Part shown: positions 51,205-63,345 of the stretch, one piece after another
Position numbering within the stretch: the first letter of the stretch is position 1
Layout of the letters: each line of letters starts with the position of its first letter
Assembly (NCBI GenBank): GCA_951406725.2
Contig: OX597824.1
Location: 75,888,001 to 75,952,000, forward strand
Direction of reading: 5' to 3'
DNA: 64,000 nt
DNA from: Octopus vulgaris
Taxonomy: Eukaryota
The notes under the pieces: generated by a model
What the model saw: only the letters and a program-made list of their open reading frames with translations
Told to the model about the DNA's origin: nothing
The model's database searches: none
Translations under genes and position numbers: made by a program

Positions 51205-51367
51205 TAGTTGGAATTTACAAAAAAAACAACGAAGACAAGTGTATAAGCAACAAACAGGTGTATTTGTTTAACGCTTGGGAAGGTGAGAAAGTCTTTTATG
51301 TTTCAAGCCTACGCTCTTCAACAGAAAGGAACACAAGAAAATAGAGAATAAAAAAAAGCTTTAGTTG

Positions 51368-51370
<3 letters not shown>
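51205..51370 (-). mobile_element. Short (AT)n-flanked Penelope-like pLTR fragment with decayed hammerhead-like motif
   Basis: Minus strand cttt CTGTTGA a gagc-gtag-gctt GAAAC ATA aaag at 51292-51330. Confidence 0.5.
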
Positions 51371-51439
<69 letters not shown>

Positions 51440-51489
51440 CTAGACACACACACTCACAGATAGTCTATGTGGATATGCATGGCTTAGTG

Positions 51490-52031
51490 CAGGGGTTGGC
51501 GAACCAGAATATATATTACCCTAAGTGGGGTAAAAATGAAATTCTTGGGGAAAATGAGGATTCATTAGACATAAGTAAAATTATACAAAAACAGTTTTCC
51601 TTGTTACGACAGAAATTTTTCTTCTGGCATGAGGATGCATTAAAAAATTGCTGCTTTTTGCCACAACCTACCTTTGCAAACAAGTGTTTAATGAACATAA
51701 CAGAGAAATCGATTGGACACAAAAGTCTATCATATTGCTTTGGCATCAAAATGTCCCAATTTAGATGTAATTATAACAAAAATGAAAACAAACATCATTT
51801 CTCCAAAAGTTGAAATGGAAAAGATTCTAGAAAAATCTTTACATTTCATAATGATATTAATTTATTTTATCGCATTTGTTTTATACATTTTATATTTACA
51901 ATTGTATTCTCCATATAAATAAATTCAGTAAACCTTTTGAATCCAAAGAATCTATGATTTCTTCTTTTTTTCAAGTCGGTGTAAATAATTATATTTTTAG
52001 GTAATTGGTTAAGAAAGTTCCCTGACCCCTG
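51490..52031. mobile_element. hAT-type non-autonomous element inserted in a SINE A box
   Basis: TIR CAGGGGTTGGCGAAC / GTTCCCTGACCCCTG; perfect 8-bp TSD gcttagtg. Confidence 0.9.
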
Positions 52032-52264
52032 GCTTAGTGGTTAGGGTGTTAGCATCATGATTACAAAATCGTGGTTTTGTTTTCTGGACCAAGCAATGCA
52101 TTATGTTCTTGAGTAAGACCTTTCATTCCGTATTGCTCAGATCCACTCAGTTGACAAAAATGATTTATCCTGCGATGGACAGGCATCTATCTAAGTGATT
52201 GACCATATGAGCCTTTGGCTTAGGAAGGACCGTTGCTCTGTTTTTTTTTTTTGTGTTTTTTGAG

Positions 52265-52730
52265 TGCTAAGAGCACCATCCGAGCGTGATAGGAGCGCTA
52301 AGAGCACCATCCGAGCATGATCCTTGCCAGAGCAGCTAACTGGCTTCTGTGCCGGTGGCATGTAAAAATCACCATTTGAGTGTGATCATTACCAGCGTCG
52401 CCTTACTGGCCCTTGTGCTGGTGGCACATGAAAAAACATTCGAGCGAGGTTGTTGCCGGTGCTGCTGGACTGGCTCCTGTGCAGGTGGCACGTAAAAAAC
52501 ACCATTTGAGCATGGTCATTGCCAGTACTGCCTGACTGGCCCTCATGCCGGTGGCACGTAAAAGCGCCCACTACACTCTCAAAGTGGTTGGTGTTAGGAA
52601 GGACATCCAGCTGTAGAAACTGCCAGATCAAGATTTGAGCCTGGTGCAGCCATTGGGTTCGCCAGTCCTCAGTCAAATCATCCAACTCATGCTAGCATGG
52701 AAAGCGGACGTTAAACAACAACGATGATGA
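52265..52730 (+). mobile_element. RTE 3' UTR copy with internal tandem repeats of about 62 bp
   Basis: Four units of ggtggcacgtaaaaaacaccatttgagc..ctggc, then the standard tail. Confidence 0.8.
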
Positions 52731-53057
52731 TCTAGTGTATGCACTGTTCCCTTGTACGAAGACAGTTTTTCGCCATGCCCAATCTAGGCTTATGATACTT
52801 TCCCCCACTAGAAATGATACTTTGGATATGGTGATCCTGGATTCTCTCTTCATACATCTAGTATAGTGTGGTCACAGCAGAATAGCCTTTGATCATAGGC
52901 CTGCTCAGTTGTATAGTAACAAAGTGGTGTCTCTAATTCACGACAGACATCTGATAAGATTTCTATAATAACTTTTTCTGCTTTTGGTTCTGGTGAGAAA
53001 GGGATAGTGCCCATGGCCATTACCTGTTCACTCAGAATGGCGAGATTGCTGTCATTA

Positions 53058-53874
53058 AACCCCTCTGTTACTATATTTCTCTTGAAATGCACTACCTTTA
53101 GTTCAAAAATTTTTTTAAATAATGAAGAATTTAGTAAAATAACTGTTATTATTAAGCTTGTATCAAGAGCATAAGATGAAATTTTGATGGAATGTTTTAA
53201 TTCTGGTCATTTTAACCCTTGAGCATTTTAAGCAGCCATATCTAGACCAAATATTCCACATTTTTTTATATTCAAACTGGCTGTATAGGCACAGGGGTGT
53301 AGTAAGTAGCTTGCTTACGAGCCACATGGTTCTGGGTTTAGTCCCACTGTGTGGCATCTTGGGCAATTGTCTTCTACTATAGCCTCAGGCCGACCAAAAC
53401 CTTGTGAGTGGATTTGGTAGACAGAAACTGAAAGAAGCCCAAAATATGTATCTATATAGATGTGTGTCTGTGTTTGTCCCCCCCCCCCCCCCAACATTGC
53501 TTGATAACCGATGCTGGTGTGCTTACATCCCCGTAACTTAGCAGTTCGGCAAAACAGACTGATAGAATAAGTACTAGGCTTACAAAGAATAATTCCTGGG
53601 GTCGATTTGCTCAACTAAAGGCGGTGCTCCAGCATGGCCACAGTTAAATGACTGAAACAAAAGTAAAAGAGAGTATCTAGCCTCTCCCGCCTAACCTACG
53701 ATGACATTCTAAAAATAACCAAATCACATAATCAAAACTATAAGAGAATGCATGATTAATTCAAAGCAATATAAAAGCATTACATTTGACAGAATAATCT
53801 GAATGCTAAAGGGTTGAAACAAATTGTGTATCATAGAACCAGAGGTAGTCTCGGGCAGGTTGGTATCAAAAGAA
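53058..53874. mobile_element. Nested insertion: MITE B containing MITE A (53216-53813) containing SINE A (53288-53675)
   Basis: Each outer element resumes colinearly after the inner one; ttaa/ttga flank MITE A. Confidence 0.8.
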
Positions 53875-54474
53875 TTAATGTTACTGCTCCTGAAATAACA
53901 TTTGGAAGTCAGTTCCTACAAGAGAGGTCTGAGTAGGCAATGAATTCCAAGAGGGCCAAGATTCTGTCGAGAAATGGCTGGGTTAAGAATAAGTTAAGAG
54001 TTGGGTCATAGGACTCGATAAGGGTGAGTGAGAAAAGAAGGAAGAACAAGTGGATTTAGGAATGACCTGCTACAGAAGGTATGCACCTAGCGGGTTCCTA
54101 GGAATGGAGGGAGGCCTTTATAGAAATTGTAGAACATACGGAAGTGACAAAAACTTCAATATTTGTTCACATATTTGTTATATCAATAAAATTTGTTAAT
54201 ATCAAAATAGATCGATAATTAGTTATGACTTCATTAAAAATTTTCTGACATACATGGAAACAAAAAAATAGCGAATTTTATTTCATCAGAATGTTTAATT
54301 GCTCAAATATATTTATTGACTTGTGTACAATTTTCAAGGGTAAATCTCTTTTGCCGTGTGTAACCATTCCTGTTGGAAAGCAATGGTGTTTTGAATATAT
54401 TGGCAATAACTGAAAAAATTGTACTCCTTATGTATTTGTGTGTATGTTTATATTTGTATGTATGTATGTATGTA

Positions 54475-54511
<37 letters not shown>

Positions 54512-55275
54512 GTATGCATATGTACTTATGTATACACATGCATATATATTTATGTATACATATATAAATATATATGCATAAGTATATGTATGTATATGTA
54601 CACATATATATGCACACATGTATATATGCATCTATACCTGTACATACATGTGTGTACAAATGCATATATGTATATGCATATACATATGTATACATGTTTG
54701 TATATGTATGTATGTACATGTGCATATATATGAATGAACACTTGTGGGAAAGTTGACGTCTGTCAGAATGATTGCTGTCACAGCTACTACTACTACTACT
54801 ACAACTACTATTGCTACTAATAATAGAAGCATTGATGTTATCTTGGTTTTATTATCATTATTATTGTACTTGTTGTTTTTATTATTTATATCATTGTAAA
54901 AATTCTGTTTCTGAGCATGTTTTTTTTTTTTTGTTATTTAAATATATTTTTCATACAGAAGATATAGAACTTCAATTTTTTTTTTTTTTTTTGAAATTTC
55001 ATTTTTAAAATATAAATAAATTTTCATCTCGTTCAATACCACTCTTAATGATAATGTTTTTATATCATCTCCAATTCACATATTTAAAAATACTGTAAAG
55101 AAATGCCTAAAAAAAAAAAATTCAAAATAGGGGTGTGTGTGTGTGTGTAAAAGTTGTTGGTTTTGGATTTATTTTAAAATCTATTTGCTTTTGAAGTTTT
55201 TGGTGAAATTTATCAATATTGAAACTTTCCTTTTGCTCTAATTTGATTATACATACATACACACACACATATATA

Positions 55276-55311
<36 letters not shown>

Positions 55312-55429
55312 TGTATGTATATATATTTAATTCACTCTCATTCATTTTTAAGAAAGAAAAAATCCAATTAGCTTACATGTAATAAATGAAAATGTAATTT
55401 TTTTTCGTATTTTTTTTGTTTATCTTCAG

Positions 55430-55478
55430 GTTTTTGACTTTGGCCCAGTTACAACAATCTCACATCCAACATCAGATA

Positions 55479-55515
<37 letters not shown>

Positions 55516-55583
55516 CTCAGCCCCCACCACCTCCGCCCCCGCCACCACCACAACAGCAGTCACAGTCCCTCTCCTCTCAACAG

Positions 55584-55615
<32 letters not shown>

Positions 55616-55761
55616 ACAGAGTTCCACTGTGATGCACCGACCTTTAGTGCAACAACATCCACATCGACCTCCGCCACCTCTCTATCCCAGCAATGCGCAA
55701 CAGAAATCTGCCCCCGGTGACAATTCCGATTCAAGAACTTCGTTCAATGGGTCACTTGTAG
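55430..55761 (+). CDS. TRIM33: TIF1-family gene exon, Q/P-rich linker
   Basis: Acceptor tttttgtttatcttcag (phase 2, matches upstream donor); donor G|gttagc gives phase 1, matching the next exon; FLTLAQLQQSHIQHQI-Q12-PQ-P10-..Q14..HRPPPPLYPS. Confidence 0.85.
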
Positions 55762-55879
55762 GTTAGCATCGGTGAAGGTTTTTTTTTACCTTGTCTTATT
55801 TGAAACCTGCATAACATGGCTTTTTTTTCCTTTGCAATCCCCCCCTCCTTACATTTCTAGTTTCTCTGTCCATCCTCTC

Positions 55880-56365
55880 TTACTTACTTATACTTGTGAT
55901 GGCATTCACCCAGGGCGGGTTGAGCCGGCTTCTTCTCTGGTCCTGACAGCATCAATAGAAGAAGTTTCGTGGGAATATTGAATTCACAAGTGGTCCCTGA
56001 CATCCCACATGCATATCCCGAGTGACGGGATGCTCTGTTTGCCGCGGAATCTCCACAGATGCAGGGACAGAACGACCTCGGAGCCACCGGTTGCCGATCA
56101 GATGCCGCTCGGAATTTTCACCAGGCTGCGACTCTAATACCGCTCGGTGCCAGACCAATTCGCCTTAGGTGGTCATACCAGGAACCGAAGTTCCCGACGG
56201 CATAGCTCTGACACTGCCCATTTACACCTCCCTACAGCTTTGAGGAGGGATTGGACTTTAGGGTAGTGAATTCACAAGTGGTCCCTGACATCCTGCATGC
56301 ATATCCTGAGTGATGGGATGCCCTGTTTGCTGCGGAGTCTCCACAGACGCAGGGACAGAACGACC
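55880..56365 (-). mobile_element. RTE-derived non-autonomous element with internal 98-bp direct repeat
   Basis: Minus-strand (AAGT)n tail and gagctatgccgtcggg..tcctggtatgaccacc RTE 5'UTR-like motif; 55979-56076 repeated at 56267-56365. Confidence 0.6.
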
Positions 56366-56949
56366 ATGCCCTGTTATTGCAACTATTTATCTCTTTGCAG
56401 CTACTACGGATTCATTTCTTACTCTTAAATGTGTGTAGCCATGTAGCAAGAACCTGCTCTGCTCCAGCCCTTTCTCTCATACTCTAACCTTAGTCTCCTA
56501 ATATAAAGCCCCCATACCTTGGGTTTCATGCTCTTGCGAGCTACATGATGTCCTCACTCGTGCCAGTGGCAAGAGAAAGGCACCCAACGCACACTGTAAA
56601 GTGGTTGGTATTAGGAAGGGCATCCAGCAGTAGAAACTGTGCCAAAGCAGATACTGGGGCATGATGTAGTTCTTGGACCCATTAGATTTGGAAAAAAAAA
56701 CATCCATTCCATGCCAACATGGAACATGGATTTTAACTGATTATGATGATGATGAAAATTTGATATAACTCTTTAAATTATTGGTAATGTTTTTACTATT
56801 AGTCCTCAAAGTGCAATAGTTCTTGCACAAAAATGTTAATAATTATTTACTTTGTTATTGTCATAACTACTAGTGTTAAGGTACTTGCATGCATGTTTTT
56901 TGGTTAGCAAAGTTAGGATTTTTCAAACTATTATTGTCATCTTGAACAT

Positions 56950-57330
56950 AGGCACAGGAGTGGCTGTGTGGTAAGTAGCTTGTTTACCAACTACATGGTT
57001 CTGGGTTCAGTCTCACTGCGTGGCACCCTGGGGAAGTGTCTTCTACTATAGCCTTGGGTCAACCAAAGCCTTGTGAGTGGATTTGGTAGGCGGAAACTGA
57101 AAGAAGCCTGTCGTATATGTGTGTGTGCTGTGTTTGTCCCCCCAACATTGCTTGACAAATGATGATGTTTATTTTACATCCCTATAACTTAGCAGTTCGG
57201 TAAAATAGACTGATAAAATAAGTACTAGGCTTACAAAGAATAAGTCCTGGGGTTGATTTGCTCGACTAAAGGTGGTGCTCCAGCATGGCTGGAGTCAAAT
57301 GACTGAAACAAGTAAAAGAGTAAAGAGAGT
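56950..57330 (+). mobile_element. SINE family A, full-length copy
   Basis: ggcacaggagtggctgtgtggtaagtagc head to gtaaaagagtaaagagag tail. Confidence 0.9.
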
Positions 57331-58779
57331 GTCTTGAGAGATGAAAATTTTTTTCTTTTTCAGTAGTTATATTTATATTGATTACAAATTTTAGGATAAG
57401 GCCAGCAAGTTAGTGTGTGTGTGTGGGGGATTAAGTCGATCATCGACCCTGAAAGGATGAACGGCAAAGTTGACCTAGGTAGAATTTGAACTTAGAACAT
57501 AAGAAACAGATGAAATGCTGCATTGCATTTTGCCTGGCATGCTAATGGTTCTGCCAGTTTGCCACCTTAAGCCTTTTGTTACCATATGTCTGTTAAAGTA
57601 CATTGCCTTTTTAGTAAAGATTGTTTGCTAGCATAACATGGCAGTCCTGGTTTAGGACTAATGTTGCTATAATTTAGCCCCAGGAGACATCGTCTCCAAC
57701 TGGCTATACAACACAATCTGTGTTCTTCTATTTTCGAACAAGGGAATCTAGCACCCTTGTGCTGATGAAGGGAACAAAAAAGAAAAACATTGTCATCTTA
57801 TCCACTCAGCCACTAATGGATGCATATCACAGACACTATGACTTTTCTATACTTACATACGGGTCAGATGGAATTTATTGAGGTAGATTTTCTATAGTTA
57901 GATGTCTTCTCTCAAACCTCTCTTGTTTCCAAGCAAGGTTTCCTGTGGAGACTGGAAATGAATAACTCTTGTATGACAGTGGCAAACATTTACAGCCATC
58001 ATGTAATGCCAAAACAAAGTTTCTCTCCCCACCCCCCACACATATGCAGTGGGCTTCTTTCAGTTTCCATCTCCCAAATTTGCAGAGCAAGGTTTCGGTT
58101 GACCTAGAGCCAAGTACCACATAGTGGGACTGAACCTGAGATCACACGCTTCACAGATACACACCCATGCCTGTTCCTGGTAGCCTTGCCTGTGCCTAAC
58201 AGCTATGTCTGCACCTTCGTTTTACTTAATTTCATTTTAAGGCAATAAATACTTTTCTGGTGAAAATTAGTATTCATTTTAACATTTTGTATAAACACCA
58301 AGGAAAATGCTATCAACTAAATAATAATTATTGTATGTAGGTTATATTTCCTGATGTTATCTGTGGCCACAAAAGTATACTTCCAAAGTTACTTGTCATA
58401 TGATGGGTAACACTCTCGTTTGTATATTTATCATGTGTATACATTTATACTTCATGTCTGTTATTAAATCTTCCTAAATACCCACATAGAAAACTGGTAC
58501 TTACTGCAAGTAAATTATAATACCTGTGTATACTTTGCACATAAAACTCAATGAAAATTGCTGCAATTAGAATGAGATCAATCAAAAGAGTGTGGCAAAA
58601 TAACTTATGGGATGTGACAACAAAAAGAACAATGAGCCACAAAATATGTTACATAATAGGAAACTACCATCCTCAGCTGTCATATAATATACCTGTGTGC
58701 TTACATTTTGAGCTTATCTCTGATCGTATTTAATTATGTTTTTTTTCTCATGCGGAATATTTTCTTCTCTACTCCAAAG

Positions 58780-58999
58780 GTTGGACTGCTGCGTTAAGTC
58801 GTATTAAAACCCCCGAGAACCTTGTTGAGAAAACACCACTCAATGCCCTTCGAGGTCAGATTCAACACATGCTACAGCGCAGTCCCCAAACTAGCAACGT
58901 AGATATGTCGCCAGGTTCTCATTCCGACATGAGTTCACACAGTTGGCCAGACATGGCAAAGAACGGCACACCGCCACCACGACCTGCAAGTTCTGATTG
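58780..58999 (+). CDS. TRIM33: TIF1-family gene exon (linker), absent from the ORF track
   Basis: Acceptor tttcttctctactccaaag, donor TG|gtaagt; 220 nt open, phase 1 to 2: WTAALSRIKTPENLVEKTPLNALRGQIQHMLQRSPQTSNVDMSPGSHSDMSSHSWPDMAKNGTPPPRPASSD. Confidence 0.85.
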
Positions 59000-59373
59000 G
59001 TAAGTAAATTTAAAAACAAAAAGAAAAAAAAACAAGAAGAAAAAAAAAATTTTTTTTTTGTGTCTATGTCTACCTAGTCATCTTTCTCCTGTTCTGTTCT
59101 GCTCTGACCCACAACATCACACTCTCACATGAAGTCCTTCTATTGTGATGGCAGTAGTTGTTCCATTTGCAGATCTGTTGTGAACTTGTTAAGGTATATG
59201 TTCATCTTGTAACTGCATTTGCTCTTAGTCTAGTATATATATATATGCATACTCACAGGTATGGTGATGCAAACAGGAAAAATAGAACTTAAGATATGAA
59301 TATTTGTATATTTATATAAATATTTAGCAGAGTTGGTCTTTATATATGTGTATTTATCTATATTGTTGTGTTT

Positions 59374-59621
59374 GGGGGGAGTCATTCTCTTTTAGTGCCT
59401 TATAATTTAACACACTCACTGGTAAAATTCCCACTCATTTATTTATTTTTCTAAAATTTTCTTTGCGTCTTGCAACCTTTTCAGTAGTTGTTGAGAGTCA
59501 ACAACTATCGAAAGGGTTGCAAGACACAACGAAAATTTTAGAAAAATAAATAAGTAAATGAGTGGAAATTTTACCAGTGAGTGTGTTAAATTATAAGGCA
59601 CAAAAAGAGAATGACTCTCCC
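59374..59621. repeat. Long inverted repeat, arms about 120 bp, 3-nt loop
   Basis: 59374-59494 versus 59498-59621; centre gttgttga-gag-tcaacaac. Confidence 0.9.
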
Positions 59622-60202
59622 TAGACGCAACTGAATATGCTTTGACACACGAACTCACATAAAGAATCTTGCAAACCAAATCCAAAATAGAAATATATAT
59701 GCATATATATATAATGATCACCCTATATAGAGGAGGGCTTAACTAAAAAGTCAACATACATACATGTATGTATGTATGTATGTATATATATATAAATGTA
59801 TATATATATTCTCTTTTTAGTTGAGGCTTCCCTCCACTGCTGCATAAGTTTATTGTTTCCATTGTTTTCATGGAGGAGAAGCTAGAGCTTCAAATAAATA
59901 AAGCCTGATTCTATACAGATGTTGAATTTTTTTTACCTCACGTTTATAAACCCATACACAGCCACATATACACACTCACAGACATATATCAATGCTTGTT
60001 TTTACGTATGGTTACAAAAGTACAATCGAACGTTAATTGGAATGTCACTCAATATACTTCTGTTGGCTATCATATTTCGTTTTTTTACATAGAAAAGGTT
60101 GACATTAACTTGAAAGTTTCAGCCTAGTTGCCTTTTGTTTTTTTGACTGTCTGATGAAGGCAAAAAGAGGTGTGTGTGCATGTGCGTATATATGTATATG
60201 TA

Positions 60203-60242
<40 letters not shown>

Positions 60243-61363
60243 TATGTCAAGTTATTATATAGTGTTTGGCAAGCTGTTTTTCTGGGGTGTGTGAAGCTGT
60301 GTAAAATGATAATTAGACTTGTATACATGTACGTCTAAGGAGTAGATGTATAGGAAAGGGGATAGAAGAGGACAAGAGGAAAGCATGTTTGTAGGCTGCG
60401 AGTTGATAGGATATTGTTGAAAGATTTTGTTTAGTTTGAAATAGGAATTGTGTTATTGTTTAGATTTCAGTCAAGTGTGGAAATAACATTGTACATAGCC
60501 GTGACCAATTTGGGTATGTCAGATTCAGGTCATGAGATCTATTTTTATAGAAAGTCGGTTTTGTTGTACTTCAGTTATATGATATATATAAAATCATAAA
60601 TGACAGAGAAATAGGTTGATGGAATTTTATTTAACACTGAAAATTCTAATATCACAACAAATTGTTTGGTAACTTAAAAACATGTAAATATTTAACAAAC
60701 ATTTTCTTTTTCTGCATAGAAATGATTTCGGAATATGTATAATTGACATGGTTTCAACAATATTTAAATAACATAAGTGCGAAATATTAGAGGTTATTTA
60801 TGGCATATTGCAAAAATGCTAAAAATTTAACATTTCTTTGTATTTAAATAGTATATGGTGTTACTAGAAATACATGGCGTCACTAGTAAGTTCGAGTTAC
60901 AGGCTTTGGCAGTTAACATGTTAAGATTATTCACTTTTGATTTAACTGCTAATTCTAGTATGTCTGGGGGTCTAATGTGTGGGAACCATTTACAGCCAGA
61001 TGTTACCTATTTATTAAGTCATAAAGCGGGTGGAGTGGAATTTGTTCTTTGTTTAAAAGATAAACATGATCTGAACAGTAATCCACCACTTAGCATTGCA
61101 GCTGTTACGAAGCTTCCACTATGGAAGTTTCAAGTTTTGGCACAAAGCCAGCAATTTTGAGAGGAGGGGGCGAGTCAGTTACTTTGACTCTAGTACTTAA
61201 CTGGTACCTTATTTTGTTGGCCCTGGTGGGATGAAGTGAAGTTGACCTCAGTGAAATTCGAACTCGTAATCTGACGAGTCAGAACAAATGTTGTTAAGCG
61301 TTTTGTCCAATGTGCTAACAATTTTGCAAGCTTGCTACCTTGCTGCTACTGCTGCTGCTGTTG

Positions 61364-61529
61364 TTAAGCAACAAGACAGGTAAGGGTGATTAGGTGATTG
61401 TCTAGGGCTTGGGGGGGGGGAACTTTGGTCGTCTTGTAGTCGAGGGCTCTTCGTTGATGCCCGACACTACTGGGAGGTGGCCCTCGAAGTCGCTGGAAAT
61501 GGAGATCTCCAGGTCCAAATTCTTGAAAG
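61364..61529 (-). mobile_element. 166-bp insertion with 10-bp TSD in a (CTG)n tract
   Basis: TSD gctgctgttg at 61354-61363 and 61530-61539; GC/CpG-rich body. Confidence 0.65.
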
Positions 61530-62889
61530 GCTGCTGTTGCTGCTGGTGGCGACGATGACAGCGATTTAGAGTGCAAGAACTATAATACTTTTGTACTAGT
61601 GTTCATAATAATGTTCTCTTAAGAATTTGTTTTTATTTTCCCCTTAACTAATTTTAGAATGGGAAAACATAGTCAAGTGATTGAGTTTCCCACAATTTTG
61701 AAGGGTTCACGTAAATATGTTGTTGCCAGAAATGCCAGAAGCTATCCTAACCTTATCACACCATTCTCAATAAGCATCTATCATTTTTTAATTAACCCTC
61801 TTCCTCACCAACTTAGCTAGCATTCTTTTTTTTAAAAAAATCTTTGCAACTGGAATTGAGAGAGACTTTCAAACAATTGAATGCATTACATCAGTGATTG
61901 GTAAACATATCTTTTTTTTCCTTTAGAATTTTTGAAGAGTATTTTGGTAGTTATTTATTAGTTCCATTCAAATGAACTCCATATATATAATAGAGCTGAC
62001 TGTTAATTCCTTGTTAGCACAATTCATTAGCATTTATTAATTACTTGAATTCATTTTTCCATCATTTACAAATGAAATGATGTTGCAAAATCTTATTTTC
62101 TTTTCCTATAAATTTGTGAAAACTTGTTAAAGGAATCTGTAGTTTCTACAACGTAGTTTGCCTTCAGTTCTTGGTGGGGTTGTATAGGGGCCCGGTTGTG
62201 ACATACGGTATGGCTTGGGCATTTTAAACTTTGATGAAGCTCGTCCTTCTTCAACCCTGACTTCAGTTGAGTAAAAATGTGTGTTTCGGTTAATGTTTGA
62301 TGGAACTGTTAGTTTTTGGTTAGATGTCTTGTCTGATTGTAATGCCATAACTATTCATAGTTCAATTGTCTAACCTCAGACAAGTTATCTATAACACAAC
62401 CAATTGCTTGGGTAGGAGGTCAATAAAATAATTTATCACTAATGTACTAGTGGCTATCAAATAGAAAGTATGGATCTTCATATGTACAAACTGATCTTTT
62501 GCTTAATGTTACACATCAGTACAAGGTGTAATGTGGCTAAAAATATCACAACTTGACCAAAGAAAGGAATGCAATCTCATTCTCATTGAAGCCAGCTAGA
62601 TGAATACATCATTTGTTGCAAAAGATTGGTCTGGAACCCAAACAACTGATGAAAGCTGTTAGGGAGACAGCCATGGCAGCAAAGACTGGCACAAAGTGGT
62701 TATGTTTGATAAGAGACCACAGATGGTACTCTCAGAGGCCTTGGTTTTCATTGGACAAGGTTGACCATACATCTATACTTATATGCACAGGACCTGCGCA
62801 AGATTGTTTTGAGGAAGACAGGCAGTTCGTCATGCATGCAAGTCTCCCCTCTCTCTATGCTACTTATGTTTAACCAAGGGAAATGCTGC

Positions 62890-63345
62890 TGATTTTTTCA
62901 GTTTTTTTTCAGTTCAATTTTTATTGGCTGAAAAAGCAAAAGCAAGTCCATGTAGGGGCACAGGGAGTTATGTACAGGGAGGGTGGTCATACAAAGAGTT
63001 CAGGCCATTTCTGGTCAAGAGAGACTTTGTACCGAGCGGTCGTCGGCATCTTCACTCTCTCGTCTGGCAGCTTATTCCACGGATCCGCAACCCAGACGGA
63101 GAAAGCCCCTCTACTTCGATTGAGATGAAATCGTCGAAGATAGAGCTTTTCGGAGTGACCCCGCATCCCACGCTCTGGAGTAGGGGTGAAGAACAGCTCT
63201 TTTGAGAGGTTACACTTTCCGCTTATGATGTTGGGAGCGAGAATGAGATCACCATGGTGTCGTCGTTTTTTGAGAGAATAAAGGCCGAGCGTCTTCAGCC
63301 TTTCCTCATAAGACAAATGAAGAAAGGCTGAAGACACTTGACCTT
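62890..63345 (-). mobile_element. CR1-clade LINE 3' end
   Basis: LSYEERLKTLGLYSLKKRR..GDLI..RGHSEKL..FS..VADPWNKLP, short 3' UTR and (ACTGAAAAAAA)-like tail; splits a SINE. Confidence 0.9.

Noticed and set aside
60110-60165. ctgatgaaggcaa with an inverted aaggcaactaggctgaaac piece
   Set aside because: Possibly a rearranged hammerhead, but the halves are on opposite strands and too short to support
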